Shown here: piece by piece, positions 24,540 through 36,864 of the stretch
How positions within the stretch are numbered: position 1 is the first letter of the stretch
How the letters are laid out: each line of letters opens with the position of its first letter
Assembly (NCBI RefSeq): GCF_004010195.1
Contig: NC_057749.1
Location: 22,092,045-22,156,044 of the forward strand
DNA length: 64,000 nt
Reading direction: 5' to 3'
Origin: Chiloscyllium plagiosum
Taxonomy: Eukaryota
Notes under the pieces: generated by a model
The model's database searches: none
Told to the model about the DNA's origin: nothing
The model's input: only the letters and a program-made list of their open reading frames with translations
Program-made: the position numbers and the translations under genes

Positions 24540-26117
24540 ACAAGACTGCCTGTGTCCCTCGTGAGAAATCTCCAGCAGTGAGCTCAGCTCATTGTGTGGG
24601 TGCTTAAGAAGATTGCAGAGGCTCAGCTACAACTTTAACAGATGATACCACGAACATCACATTTTATTAAAAGATTTTGAATAACATTTTTTAAACAAAA
24701 ATCTCATGCTCTCAGTGGTTTGGGTTTATTATGTTAAATCAGTGTCATAAAGTCACATGGTAGCAGAGTCCACTGAGAGGTAGTTCTATATAAAGCCTTG
24801 TCCTGTAAATAATTGGAAGATTATGTTCAATAAAAGGTAACGTTTACCCAGAGCTCTGCCTCTCACAGTCTCTGATGATCAAGACTATCAAACAGTAACA
24901 TTGCTATTGAGGTGAAATATAGTTTGCCCCTGTGCCTATAGGTGGCCCCTGAGAAGCAGAAGCTGTAAAAAAATCACTGTAGAACTTCGTAAAACCATTG
25001 CTGCTATCAAGCGCCACTGCCACCATGTTTTATATGAACATCACTGTCACCGTGTGCTCAGAGGGTATGGATCCAATGTACACAATGTCTCCTCTCAGGA
25101 GGACTCTCTGATCTCAGGAGTCAATTTAAGGATCCCTTGGTGCACACCTTCAAAGGCAGGTAGATCCTTTCTGAGGTACACCAAGTAAAGTTTCTCAAAT
25201 ACTTCAGGTCCAGTCTCATCAAGACCATCGCAGTTATTTTTTTCTCTATGCTTCCATGAGGTGTAGATACTGCTGAACACTCTCTGCTCATTCCTGAAGA
25301 AGGGCCTGTGCCCGAAACGTCGAATCTCCTGTTCCCTGGATGCTGCCTGACCTGCTGTGCTGTTCCAGCAATAAAGTTTCAACAAGACTGTGTGTGTCCC
25401 TCATGAGAAATCTCCAGCAGTGAGCTCAGCTCATTGTGTGGGTGCTTGAGAAGACTGCAGAGGCTCAGCTACAACTTTAACAGATGATACCACAAACATC
25501 ACATTTTATTAAAAGATTTTGAATAACATTTTTTAAACAAAAATCTCATGCTCTCAGTGGTTTGGGTTTATTATGTTAAATCAGTGTCATAAAGTCACAT
25601 GGTAGCAGAGTCCACTGAGAGGTAGTTCTATATAAAGCCTTGTCCTGTAAATAATTGGAAGATTATGTTCAATAAAAGGTAACGTTTACCCAGAGCTCTG
25701 CCTCTCACAGTCTCTGATGATCAAGACTATCAAACAGTAACATTGCTATTGAGGTGAAATATAGTTTGCCCCTGTGCCTATAGGTGGCCCCTGAGAAGCA
25801 GAAGCTGTAAAAAAATCACTGTAGAACTTCGTAAAACCATTGCTGCTATCAAGCGCCACTGCCACCATGTTTTATATGAACATCACTGTCACCGTGTGCT
25901 CAGAGGGTATGGATCCAATGTACACAATGTCTCCTCTCAGGAGGACTCTCTGATCTCAGGAGTCAATTTAAGGATCCCTTGGTGCACACCTTCAAAGGCA
26001 GGTAGATCCTTTCTGAGGTACACCAAGTAAAGTTTCTCAAATACTTCAGGTCCAGTCTCATCAAGACCATCGCAGTTATTTTTTTCTCTATGCTTCCATG
26101 AGGTGTAGATACTGCTG
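24540..26117. repeat. 736-bp direct duplication (24540-25275 and 25382-26117) separated by a PLE fragment
   Basis: Near-identical copies at a constant offset of 842. Confidence 0.97.
25290..25325 (+). ncRNA. Minimal type I hammerhead ribozyme motif
   Basis: AUUC-CUGAAGA-A-GGGC(CUGU)GCCC-GAAAC-GUC-GAAU: core boxes, stem I, stem II and GUC cleavage triplet. Confidence 0.7.
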
Positions 26118-26121
26118 GCAA

Positions 26122-26252
26122 GGCCTGATGAAGGGATTTATGCCTGAAATGTCGAGTCTCCTGCTCCTCGGTTGCTGCCTGACCTGCTGAGCTTTTCCAG
26201 CGCCACATTTTTCATCTTTGACTCCTCCAGCATCTGCAGTCCTCACTTCTCC
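26122..26252 (+). mobile_element. Short PLE derivative, diverged
   Basis: CCTGATGAAGGG..GAAATGTC..CATCTGCAGTCCTCAC. Confidence 0.8.
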
Positions 26253-26471
26253 TGGGCCAGCAATTGTTGCCAAGTCCTGACCACCCTGCAACTTGAGAGA
26301 CTTGTGAAGCCATTTCAGAGTCAACCACATCGCTGTAGGTCTGGAGTCACATGTAGGCCACACCAGATAAGGAGATAGATTTCCTTTCCAAAAGAACATA
26401 GTTGAACCAGACAGGAATTTACAATAATGGCTTCATGCTCACTATTACTGTTACTCCCTGTTAATTCCAGA

Positions 26472-26795
26472 TGGTGACTCAATGGTTAACACTGCTGTCT
26501 CACAGTGCTAGGGACCCTGGTTCGATTCCAGCCTCTGGCAACTGTTTGTGTGGAGTTTGCACACTCTCCCCGTGTCTGCGTGGGTTTGCTCTGGATTCCT
26601 CCCACAGTCCAAAAATGTGCAGGTTAGAATAAATTGGCCATGCTAAATTGCGCATAGTATTCAGGGATGTGTAGGTTTGGTGCATTAGTCAGGGGTAAAT
26701 GTAAGGGAATGGATCTGGGTGGGGTACTCTTCGGAGGGTCGGTGTGGACTTGTTGGGCCAAATGGCCTGTTTCCACACAGTAAAGATTCTGTGAT
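26472..26795 (+). mobile_element. HE1-type V-SINE
   Basis: Head, V-domain and tail as at 11088. Confidence 0.9.
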
Positions 26796-27069
26796 TTATC
26801 GAGTGAATTTAAATTCCAGTGATCCTTGTGGTGGGATTTGAGATCTATGTTGGCAGAGCCTTAGCCTACTCCTCTGTCTTTCTGATCCGGTGATATTACA
26901 ACTCCTCCAACATCATCCCCCGGTGTTCACCAATGCCAGGTCCTCCCACAGTGCCCAGCATTGGTACTGGTTTTAAATCCCAGTCATGCTCCTGGTGAAA
27001 TGTTACCAATCACGAGGAACACTCCTTAGGTGGCACAGCCAACACTTCATTGCAAAGTGCTGGTTTATC

Positions 27070-27285
27070 AGTCAGTTTAGCTCAGTTGGCTGAATTGTTG
27101 GTTTGCAGCATACTGCTAATGGTGTGGGTTCAATTCCCATCACTGGTTTGAGGTTACCATGAAGGACTCTCCTTCTCAACCTCTTCCCTCGTCTGGTGGG
27201 CCTCAGGTTAAATCACCGCCAGTCGCTTCTCTCTCTCTAATAAGAGAGCAGCCCCTATGACCTGGTAGGACGATAGTGACATAAC
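27070..27285 (+). mobile_element. tRNA-derived SINE, third family; second copy near 32470-32700
   Basis: TAGCTCAGTTGG A-box, GGTTCAATTCC B-box, shared CCTTCTCAACCTC..AGGTTAAA body. Confidence 0.7.
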
Positions 27286-27324
27286 AGCAAGTTATTTTAG
27301 AACCAAGATGCCAATCCATAAACT

Positions 27325-27487
27325 GAATCGAGAGTGTGGTACTGAAAAAGCACAGCCAGGCGGGCAGCACCCGAGGAGCAGGAGAGTCAATGTTTCGGGC
27401 ACAAGCCCTTTTTCAGGATTTCATCAGGCAGTGCTTTTCCAGCACCAAACTCTCGACTCTGACCCCAGCATCTGCAGTCCTCACTTT
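27325..27487. mobile_element. Hairpin-type PLE derivative, diverged
   Basis: Inverted GAAAAGCAC / GTGCTTTTC arms around a decayed hammerhead box. Confidence 0.7.
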
Positions 27488-28069
27488 AAACTGATCCCGT
27501 CTCAGACCCCTGTCAGAGAGTGCCACTGTTTCCCCAGTGCCTGGTGTAGCCTACAGCTTGATCATGCCAACAGTTGTGCCAAGCCAGGGTAGTTGCGACA
27601 GTCGATGACCTCTTCTCCTGCAGTCTCCTTCAACACACTATTGCCCTGAAGCGTTGAGTTTCCCACCTTCACAATTGTTGTCCTCCTTGCATCCCAACAT
27701 AGTGTCTCCAGTTCCCACAATTCACCTCCCCATTTCTCCACCACACCAGTGGCCCCCTAGTAATCCCCCTTGACATTTACTGAGCGGACCCCCAGGACTG
27801 ATTATGGCCCACACTGCTCTGGATGGACAACGCTGACTTAGAACTGAACAGACCCTCGACTGCTCTCGGAACAGTTTGCTGAACAGCTTACCAACATTTC
27901 CCGGAAAGTCTGCCTGTGGCCCCACTCCCTGGGCTGAGGGAGCACAGAACCGCAGACCCTCTCCGCTCCAGGAGACTGACTGGCCATTTCCAACCCCTGG
28001 ACTGATATTGGTAAATGGTCCCTTGACTTAGATAGAATTGAGACTCCCTGACTGACAGCTAACTCCCCG

Positions 28070-28200
28070 AGGAGAAAGTGAAGACAAAAGATGCTGGAGA
28101 TTCAGAGTTGAAAAGGGTGGTGCTGGAAAAGCACAGCCGGTCAGACAGCATCTGAGGAGCAGGAGAGTTGATGATTTTGGCATAAGCTCTTCATCAGGCT
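28070..28200 (-). mobile_element. Short PLE derivative
   Basis: Minus strand CCTGATGAAGAGCTTATGCC..GATGCTGTCTGACC. Confidence 0.75.
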
Positions 28201-28295
28201 GTCTCCTTTGACCTGACTGAGGACTAATCCCAGTATAGATGATCATTCAGTTTAAGGACATGCAGTGTCTGGTGGCTGTATAACTGGTGGAATGT

Positions 28296-28477
28296 ACGGT
28301 AAAAACGAGGACTGCAGATGCTGGAAACCAGAGTCTAGATTAGAGTAGTGCTGGAAAAGCAGAGCAGGTCAGACAGCATCCGAGGAGCAGGAAAATCGAT
28401 GTTTTGAGCAAAAGCCCTTCATCATTCCTGATGCTGCCTGACCTGCTGTGCTTTTCCAACACCACTCTAATCTAGAC
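28296..28477. mobile_element. Hairpin-type PLE derivative with 13-bp TSD
   Basis: TSD ACTGGTGGAATGT at 28283-28295 and 28478-28490; inverted arms. Confidence 0.88.
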
Positions 28478-28525
28478 ACTGGTGGAATGTTCGGCAGAGG
28501 TGAGATCAATTCATAGCATTCATAC

Positions 28526-28855
28526 AATCATAGAATCCCTACAGTGTGGAAACAGGCCATATTGCCCTAACAAATCCACACCGACCCTCCGAAGAGTAAC
28601 CCACCCAGATCCATTCCCCTACTCTATTACTCTACATTTATCCCTGACTAATTCCTGAACACTATGGGCAACTTAGCATGGCCACTCCACCGAGCCCGCA
28701 CATCTTTGGACTGTGGGAGGAAACCGGAGCAACCAGAGGAAACCTATGCAGACAAGGGGAGAATGTGCAAACTCCGCACAGACATTCGCCCGAGGGTGGA
28801 ATCGAACCCGGGTCCCTGGAGCCATGAGGCAGCAGTGTTAGCCACTGAGCCTGTA
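28526..28855 (-). mobile_element. HE1-type V-SINE
   Basis: Reverse-complement match to the other copies. Confidence 0.88.
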
Positions 28856-29269
28856 CTATGTTGGCATACAGCTAGATGGCCACCCTTGTGACTGGTGACG
28901 GCTGACCACCATGTTAAGCTGCCTGAAACAGCAAAGCAATCCTGTACTGTGAACCTTCATTCTCTGGCTGAGGTTGGGGAGGTGTGGGCAAAGTGAGAGA
29001 AAACTAAGCAGTCTGTGGGCATCAAAGCAGACACTAACTGAGTGATTTGCAAGAGAGCTAGTGAGAAACCCAGAGATGTAGCTCAGTCCAATCCACGAGA
29101 TGAGCTCCTGTCCCTGTTTGCAAGGTGTCCTAGCAACTGCATTGCAATGAGAGGTGACAGTGCATTCCAAAGCATTGAAATGCTGAATTAAATTGGGAGT
29201 GGGTGGGAAACGTGTCAGGAAGGTGTGACCAAGCTGGTCCTTGCACAATCTGATGAGGGGTGGTACAGG

Positions 29270-29630
29270 CAGTCATAGAGTCATACAGCACAGAAAGAGC
29301 CCCTTTGGTCCAACCAGTCCATGCCAACCATAATCCCAAACTAAACCAGTCTATGCCACCCATGTTCCAAAACTAATCTAGTCCCACCTACGTGCATTTG
29401 GACCATATCCTGATGAAGGCCTAAAATGTTGATTCTCCTGCTCCGCGGATGCTGCCTGACCTGCTGTGTTTTTCCAGCACGACACTCTCACCTGCGATCT
29501 CCAGCCGCTGCAGTACTCACTTTTGCCATATCCCTCTAAACCTTTCCTATTCATGTACTGTCCAAATGTCTCTTAAATGTTGTAATTATATTTGCAACTA
29601 CTACTCCTCTGGCAGTTCATTCCACATTTG
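29270..29630 (-). mobile_element. CR1 3' tail with a PLE derivative (plus strand, about 29411-29525) inserted
   Basis: CCATATCC duplicated on both sides of the PLE piece. Confidence 0.8.
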
Positions 29631-29885
29631 AACCAATGTGTCCTGCTCTTTATTGGCTCTACCATCATGTTAACTTTCTGATATTTGTGTTTTAAGATAA
29701 CCCTAGACCACTGGACAATACCATTTTATGATTTCAAACCCAAACTTTTTTTCTCTTCTTCCTACAAGCATGAATTGCATTTCACCCCATTATATTGCAA
29801 TACTTTATGTATACTTCCCATGATACAGACAGCACAGTCAATGATATGGTGCAGTGTAGCAGACTCTGTTACACTCAGTACCTTT

Positions 29886-30195
29886 AGATTACATTACAGT
29901 GTGGAAACAGGCCCTTCGGCCCAACAAGTCCACACCGACCCGCCGAAGCGCAACTCACCCATACCCCTACATTTACCCCTTACCTAACACTACGGGCAAT
30001 TTAGCATGGCCAATTCACCTGACCTGCACATCTTTGGATTGTGGGAGGAAACCAGAGCGCCCGGAGGAAACCCACGCAGACACAGGGAGAACGTGCAAAT
30101 TCCACACGGTCAGTCGCCTGAGGCGGGAATTGAACCTGGGTCTCAGGCGCTGTGAGGCAGCAGTGCTAACCACTGAGCCACCGTGCCGCCCACCA
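29886..30195 (-). mobile_element. HE1-type V-SINE, young-looking
   Basis: Full head and tail; TACCTTT on both flanks. Confidence 0.92.
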
Positions 30196-30237
30196 TACCT
30201 TTGTGTTGCAATGTAATTATATCCAATCAGAAACCTG

Positions 30238-31491
30238 CCCTCCCTCAGGAACAAAACCTCCCTGGGTCTGGAAGTGTGGACTGGGCAGGAATGGGGATTT
30301 TAATATATCGCTGAGTTGGTTTGGAAATCTCTGCTGCAAATGGACATTTCTCCACATTATATTCCATTTGCCCAATTGCTTGCCCACTCAGTGAACCTGC
30401 CCATATCTGTTAACATCCCCATGGCTTTCCCTCCTACCTAAAGTGGGTTGTCAGTTACTCTGAAGACATTACAAAGAAACATAGAAGATTGGAGCAGGAG
30501 TAGGCCATTCGACCCATCAAGTATGCTCCGCCATTCAATATGATCATGGCTGATCATCGAGCTCAGTTCCCTAACTCCACCATCCTCTGACACCCCTTGG
30601 TCCCTTTATCTACACGAGCAAAATCTAGATTGTATCTGAGAGAGAGAGAGAGAGAGAGACAGATTGTGCATGAAGGGGAGAGAGAGATTTATGCATGAAA
30701 GAGAGTATTGGCATTTGATTGACAACACATCCATCCCCTCCACCACTGACTCTCAGTAGCAACACATGTGCACTATTTACAAGATGCACTGCAGAAATTC
30801 ACCAAAGCTCTTCAGCCAGCACTTTCCAAACCCAAGATCACTTCCATCCAGAAGGTCAAGGGCAGTAGATATGTGGGAACACCACCCCTTGAAAGTTCTC
30901 CACCCAGTTAGTCACCATCCTGATTTGGAAATATATTGCCATCCCTTCACTGTCCCTGGGTCAAAATGCCTCCCACCAGCATTATGTACTGACACCCCCA
31001 AGGATTAGAGCGTATCAAGAAGACAGCTCACCATCAACTTCAGGGTAATTTGGGATGGGCTATAAATGCTAGCCGTGCCTACATCCCATGAACCCTCCCT
31101 CAGGAACAAAACATCCCTGGGTCTGGAAGTGTGAACTGGGCAGGGAATGGGGATTTTAATATATCGCTGAGTTGGTTTGGAAATCTCTGCTGCAAATGCA
31201 CATTTCTCCACATTATATTCCATTTGCCCAATTGCTTGCCCACTCAGTGAACTGCCCATATCTGTTAACATCCCTATGGCTTTCCCTCCTATCTAAAGTG
31301 GGTTGTCAGTTACTCTGAAGACATTACAAAGAAACATAGAAGATTGGAGCAGGAGTAGGCCATTCGACCCATCAAGTATGCTCCGCCATTCAATATGATC
31401 ATGGCTGATCATCGAGCTCGGTTCCCTAACTCCACCATCCTCTGACATCCCTTAGTCCCTTTATCTACAAGAGCAAAATCAAATTGTATCT

Positions 31492-31523
<32 letters not shown>

Positions 31524-31950
31524 TTGTGCATGAAGGGGAGAGAGAGATTTATGCATGAAAGAAAGTATTGGCATTTGATTGACAACACATCCATCCCCTC
31601 CACCACTGACTCTCAATAGCAACACATGCACTATTTACAAGATGCACTGCAGAAATTCACCAAAGCTCTTCAGCCAGCACTTTCCAAACCCAAGATCACT
31701 TCCATCCAGAAGGTCAAGGGCAGTAGATATGTGGGAACACCACCCCTTGAAAGTTCTCCACCCAGTTAGTCACCATCCTGATTTGGAAATATATTGCCAT
31801 CCCTTCACTGTCCCTGGGTCAAAATGCCTCCCACCAGTATTATGTACTGACACCCCCAAGGATTAGAGCGTATCAAGAAGACAGCTCACCATCATCTTCA
31901 GGGTAATTCGGGATGGGCTATAAATGCTAGCCGTGCCTACATCCCATGAA
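30238..31950. repeat. Head-to-tail duplication of about 855 bp (30238-31092 and 31093-31950)
   Basis: Duplicate ORFs MCTIYKMHCRNSPK...; scattered substitutions and different (GA)n length. Confidence 0.97.
30700..31092 (+). mobile_element. CR1/L2-group LINE 3' fragment, duplicated at about 31560-31955
   Basis: CTIYKMHCRNSPKLFSQHFPNP plus the tail shared with the SINE at 18985. Confidence 0.75.
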
Positions 31951-32749
31951 TGAATTTTAAAAATGCTCAATTCCCTTCAGACAGCCAACTTCACAAAAAG
32001 TTGGGGTTTTCTCTGAGCTCCAATATTTCTCAATTCCACCAAACCAGGCTCTTCCAACCTCCCACTCTCCTTTGAATTGAGCCATCGATGGTTCTTAGCT
32101 CTTCATCCATGCCCTAACCATTCCTGCCAACTCCCAGGGCTTTTCCTTATTGTCAGGTCCTGTTCCAGCAGTCCCCTCACAGTTTAGGTCCTCGTCCCCT
32201 ACCTCTCTCCACCTGGCTGCAGCCGATGGGATCTGTTTGTGCCCTCCCTGGTTCTGTGGTCTCCTTCCCCCCTCCATCGCTACCGCATGGGAAGGGGTCT
32301 CCAGTATGCAATTGTCTTGGGGTGAATGCAGAACATTCAGCTCAGTACACCAAACCTGTGAAGCCAGAAATCTCACTGAATGTGAGAAACTGCAATCCTT
32401 GGCCTGCGCCCATTGAGAATGGTACAAGAGCATTTCTTCACATTGTTTGTGGGCCCTTTTACCTGGGCGTTGGTTGGCTCAGTTGGGTAAATGGCTGGCT
32501 TACAATGAAAGGTGATGCCAACAATATGGGTTCAATTCCAACACTGGTTGAAAGTTGCCATTAAGGACTTTCCTTCTCAACCTCTCCCTTTGCCTGAGGT
32601 GGAGTGACCTTGAGGTTAAACCATCATCAGTGATCGCTCTGCATTGGGAGAGTGGTCCTGTGGCACAATGCCAACTTACCTTATGGCCAACAGTGACTTG
32701 CATGGTATTGGTAAAGAAGGGAACAGTGATGGTGACATGACAGCAAACC

Positions 32750-32995
32750 TTAGATTGTCTCTTACCAAAGAAGGTCATTGCTTGGCATGTGAGTTGCATG
32801 AATGCTATTTGCTAGTTGTCAGCCCAAGCCTGGATATTGTCCAGATCTTATTGCATTTGAAATTGACCGCTTCAGTATCTGCGGAGTAGCTCATGGAGCT
32901 GAACATTGTGCAATCATCAGCGAACATCCCCACTTCTGGCCTTATGATGGATGGAAGGTCATTGAGGAAGCAGCTGAAGATGGTTGGGCCTAGTA
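32750..32995 (-). mobile_element. LINE RT fragment
   Basis: Minus frame LGPTIFSCFLNDLPSIIRPEVGMFADDCTMF. Confidence 0.85.
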
Positions 32996-33295
32996 CACAT
33001 GGTCATTGCCAAATCTGGAAGCATACAGGGTAAGGTAAGCAAACAAAAGGGAAATTCATTCCAGATACAGAAAAAGTTAAGGCTGTAGAAAGCCTGGAGA
33101 GGACAGAAAGTGTGGAAGTGAAATAATAAAGGCATTAGGAATGCAAACAGAGGATATGTAAAAATGCTGGCAGGTAAAATCAAGGAAAAGCCAAACATGT
33201 TTTCATCATCATTTTATGAGCAAGAGCATACTAAAGAAAGCGTTGGGCCTATCAGAGATATACAGGTAACTTATGTGGGAGAAAAGGTAGGTCTA

Positions 33296-33500
33296 GAAAA
33301 ACGAGGACTGCAGATGCTGGAAACCAGAGTCTAGATTAGAGTGGTGCTGGAAAAGCACAGCAGGTCAGGCAGCATCCGAGGAGCAGGAAAATCGACAATC
33401 TATTCCTGATGAAAGGCTTTTACCCGAAATGTCGATTTTCCTGCTCCTCGGATGCTGCCTGACCTGTTGTGCTTTTCCAGCACCACACTAATCTAGACTC
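33296..33500. mobile_element. Hairpin-type PLE derivative
   Basis: Inverted arms AGTCTAGATTAG...CTAATCTAGACT around CCTGATGAAAGGCTTTTACCCGAAATGTC. Confidence 0.88.
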
Positions 33501-34684
33501 TACCAGGGGCATACAGGTAACTTATGCCAGGGAAAGGGTAGGGTGTATCAGAGATAATCAGGTAATTTATCCATAAATACAGAATATGGACACTTCGTCT
33601 TGACAAATGAGAGGTATGCTGTTGAATTAAAGAGGAAAGAGTGAAAAATAGCTGCAATAAGCATAATATCAGCAGGGGTTTTGCCTGTAACATCGATTTT
33701 CCTGCTCCTCGGATGCTGCCTGACCTGCTGTGCTTTTCCAGCACCACTCTAATCTAGACTCTGGAAAATAGACCCAAGTTACGAAACTCTCGAGACTGCA
33801 AAATTCCTTTTGGGCTGCACAGGTAAACGCAGTTCCCCGATATTTTAAACTAAAAACTGAAAGAATTGCAAATGCTGTAAATCAGAGACATCAACAGAAA
33901 TTGCTGGAAAAGCTCAGCAGGTCAGGCAGCATCTGTGGTGAGAAATTGTGCAAAGCGATTATGCAAAAGGCCCAGGTGATTGTGCAAATTTAGGGAAAGG
34001 CTAAAGTAATGGTGGGGAAGTGATTGCGCCAATTAATAGGTGGCACGGTGGCTCAGTGGTTAGCACCGGATGCTGCCTGACCTGCTGTGCTTTTCCAGCA
34101 CCACTCTAATCTAGACTCTACCAGGGGCATACAGGTAACTTATGCCAGGGAAAGGGTAGGGTCTATCAGAGATAATCAGGTAATTTATCCATAAATACAG
34201 AATATGGACACTTCGTCTTGACAAATGAGAGGTATGCTGTTGAATTAAAAGGGAAAGAGTGAAAAATAGCTGCAATAAGCATAATATCAGCAGGGGTTTT
34301 GCCTGAAACATCAATTTTCCTGCTCCTCGGATGCTGCCTGACCTGCTGTGCTTTTCCAGCATCACTCTAATCTCGACCCTGGAAAATAGACCCAAGTTAC
34401 GAAACTCTCGAGACTGCAAAATTCCTTTTGGGCTGCACAGGTAAACGCAGTTCCCCGATATTTTAAACTAAAAACTGAAAGAATTGCAAATGCTGTAAAT
34501 CAGAGACATCAACAGAAATTGATGGAAAAGCTCAGCAGGTCTGGCAGCATCTGTGGTGAGAAATTGTGCAAAGCGATTATGCAAAAGGCCCAGGTGATTG
34601 TGCAAATTTAGGGAAAGGCTAAAGTAATGGTGGGGAAGTGATTGCGCCAATTAATAGGTGGCACGGTGGCTCAGTGGTTAGCAC
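33449..34684. repeat. 618-bp head-to-tail duplication (33449-34066 and 34067-34684)
   Basis: Constant offset of 618 and duplicate ORFs. Confidence 0.97.
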
Positions 34685-34932
34685 TGCTGCCTCACAGCGC
34701 CAGAGACCTGGGTTCAATTCCCGCCTCAGGCAACTGTCTGTGTTGGAGTTTGTACATTCTGCCCGTGGGTTTCCTCCCACAGTCACAAAGATGTGCAGGA
34801 TAGTTGATTTGGCCATGCTAAATTGCCTGTACTGTTAGGTGTAGGGGAATGGGTCTGGGTGGGTTGCTCTTCAGAGAGTCGGTGTGGACTTGTTGGGCCG
34901 AAGGGCCTGTTTCCACACTGTAAGTAATCTAA
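34658..34932 (+). mobile_element. HE1-type V-SINE
   Basis: Head, V-domain and tail. Confidence 0.9.
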
Positions 34933-35569
34933 AAAATGGAAGGCTAAAGCTGCAAAGAATATGTAAAGCATCAGAGTTTGCAAAGCCCTGCAAGACAGCT
35001 GCCAGAAACATTCACACTGATCCTGTTTTTAAATGAATGTTCCAAGGATTATTACAAGCACTCAATCTGTCAGTCCCAATCAGCTGCACCACTAAACACA
35101 CTAAACCACTCAGTTGTGTTCTGCACTCAGTTTCACCACTTCCTCCAGCTACATGGGCTACTTACTTCGTCTCCGTGTCTTCCAATTGCCCCTGGCAACG
35201 ATCTAGCAGCTTTTGTGGTGCAGTGATAATGTCCCTACCTCTGGCCTAGGTAGGCCAGGGTTCAAAACTCACTTACCCCAGACGTGTGCAACAATATCCC
35301 TGAACAGATTGATTATAAAACATGTCAGGCACAAATTCAAAAATGAAAGGACTGACAGACAGACGGTGAAGCACTGCCTTCTTTTGTTTCCTAGAGAATC
35401 CGGAGTGAAATCCGAACCATTTCACATTGACCCGAAATATATCGGTTTGGGAAAAATTGCCATCTTCAGGAAAAATCCTAATTTTAAAGCTAATCTGGAA
35501 TGTCTACTTGAGTTTCAAGGGGGCCATTTCAACTGAAGTGTATCCTTCCAGCAGTTTCTTACACTCAGG

Positions 35570-36018
35570 TTTATTATGCTGGTAACTAATGGTTAAGGAG
35601 CATTATGCTGGTCAGTATCTTTGGTAAGATACATGATGATAGTCAGTGCTTTCTGTAAAGCTACATCGTGCTAGTCAGTGACTTTAGTTAAGGAACCTTG
35701 TGACAGTCAATATCTTTAGTTAAGAAACATTGTGCTCATCGGTGTTTTCAGTTAAGAACATTGGTCTAGTCAATGCCTTAGTTAAGGAGCACTGTGTTAG
35801 TTAACCTTTAGTTAAGGAACGGTGTGCTAGTTCATGCTCTAGTTAAGGAGCAGTATGTTAGTCAGTGCCTTTAGTGAAGGAGCATTATGTTAGTCAGTGC
35901 TTTCAGTTAAGGAACATTGTGCTAGTCAATGGTATAGTTAAGGAATGTTGTGCTAGTCAATGCCTTTAGTTAATAACATTGTGCTAGTTAATGCCTTAGT
36001 TCAGGAACATTATGCTGT
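35570..36018. repeat. Degenerate tandem repeat of about 32-34 bp (TTAGTTAAGGAACATTGTGCTAGTCAATGCCT-like)
   Basis: Recurring AGTTAAGGA spacing. Confidence 0.88.
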
Positions 36019-36180
36019 TGTCTCAAATGAGTCAAAATGTGGAAGTTACTTTAACCCATTGGTTAATCTGACCAGGGAATGCTTGCTTAGAGCTGGGCCA
36101 GGAAACGAAAACTGAAAGAGTTTTACTTGACCCAATACTGATACCCTTCCTCCAGGTCACAGTCATCTAACAGCAACATG

Positions 36181-36864
36181 GGATTACCCGGACAGGATCT
36201 GGATTATCCGGGAAGGATCTGGATTACCCGGGCAGGATCTGGATTATCTGGGAAGGATCTGGATTACCTGACCAGGATCTGGACCACCCGGCAGGATCTG
36301 GATTACCTGACCGGGATCTGGATTACCCGGGCAGGATCTAGATTACCTGACTGGGATCTGGATTCCCTGGGCAGGATCTAGATTACCTGACCAGGATCTG
36401 GATTACCTGGACAGGATCTGGATTACCTGACCAGGATCTGGATTCCCCGGGCAGGATCTAGATTACCTGACCAGGATCTGGATTCCCCAGGCAGGATCTA
36501 GATTACCTGACCAGGATCTGGATTACCCGGACAGGATCTGGATTACCTGACCAGGATCTGGATTACCCGGACAGGATCTGGATTACCTGACCAGGATCTG
36601 GATTCCCCGGACAGGGTCTGGATTCCCCGGACAGGATCTGGATTCCCCGGGCAGGATCTGGATTACCCGGGCAGGATCTGGATTCCCCGGGCAGGATCTG
36701 GATTCCCCGGACAGGATCTGGATTACCTGACCAGGATCTGGATTCCCCGGACAGGATCTGGATTACCCGGGCAGGATCTGGATTACCTGGGCAGGATCTG
36801 GATTTCTCGGACAGGATCTGGATTCCCCGGGCAGGATCTGGATTCCCCGGGCGGGATCTGGATT
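36181..36864. repeat. 20-bp minisatellite GGATT(A/C)CCCGGGCAGGATCT
   Basis: Exact 20-bp periodicity, about 34 units. Confidence 0.98.

Noticed and set aside
27540..28030. Possible old LINE endonuclease fragment on the minus strand
   Set aside because: Only a faint GDFN-like resemblance; too decayed to call.
35394..35536. Possible exon after the acceptor CTTCTTTTGTTTCCTAG (ESGVKSEPFHIDPKYIG...)
   Set aside because: Good acceptor, but no convincing donor, no recognisable protein and no partner exons.
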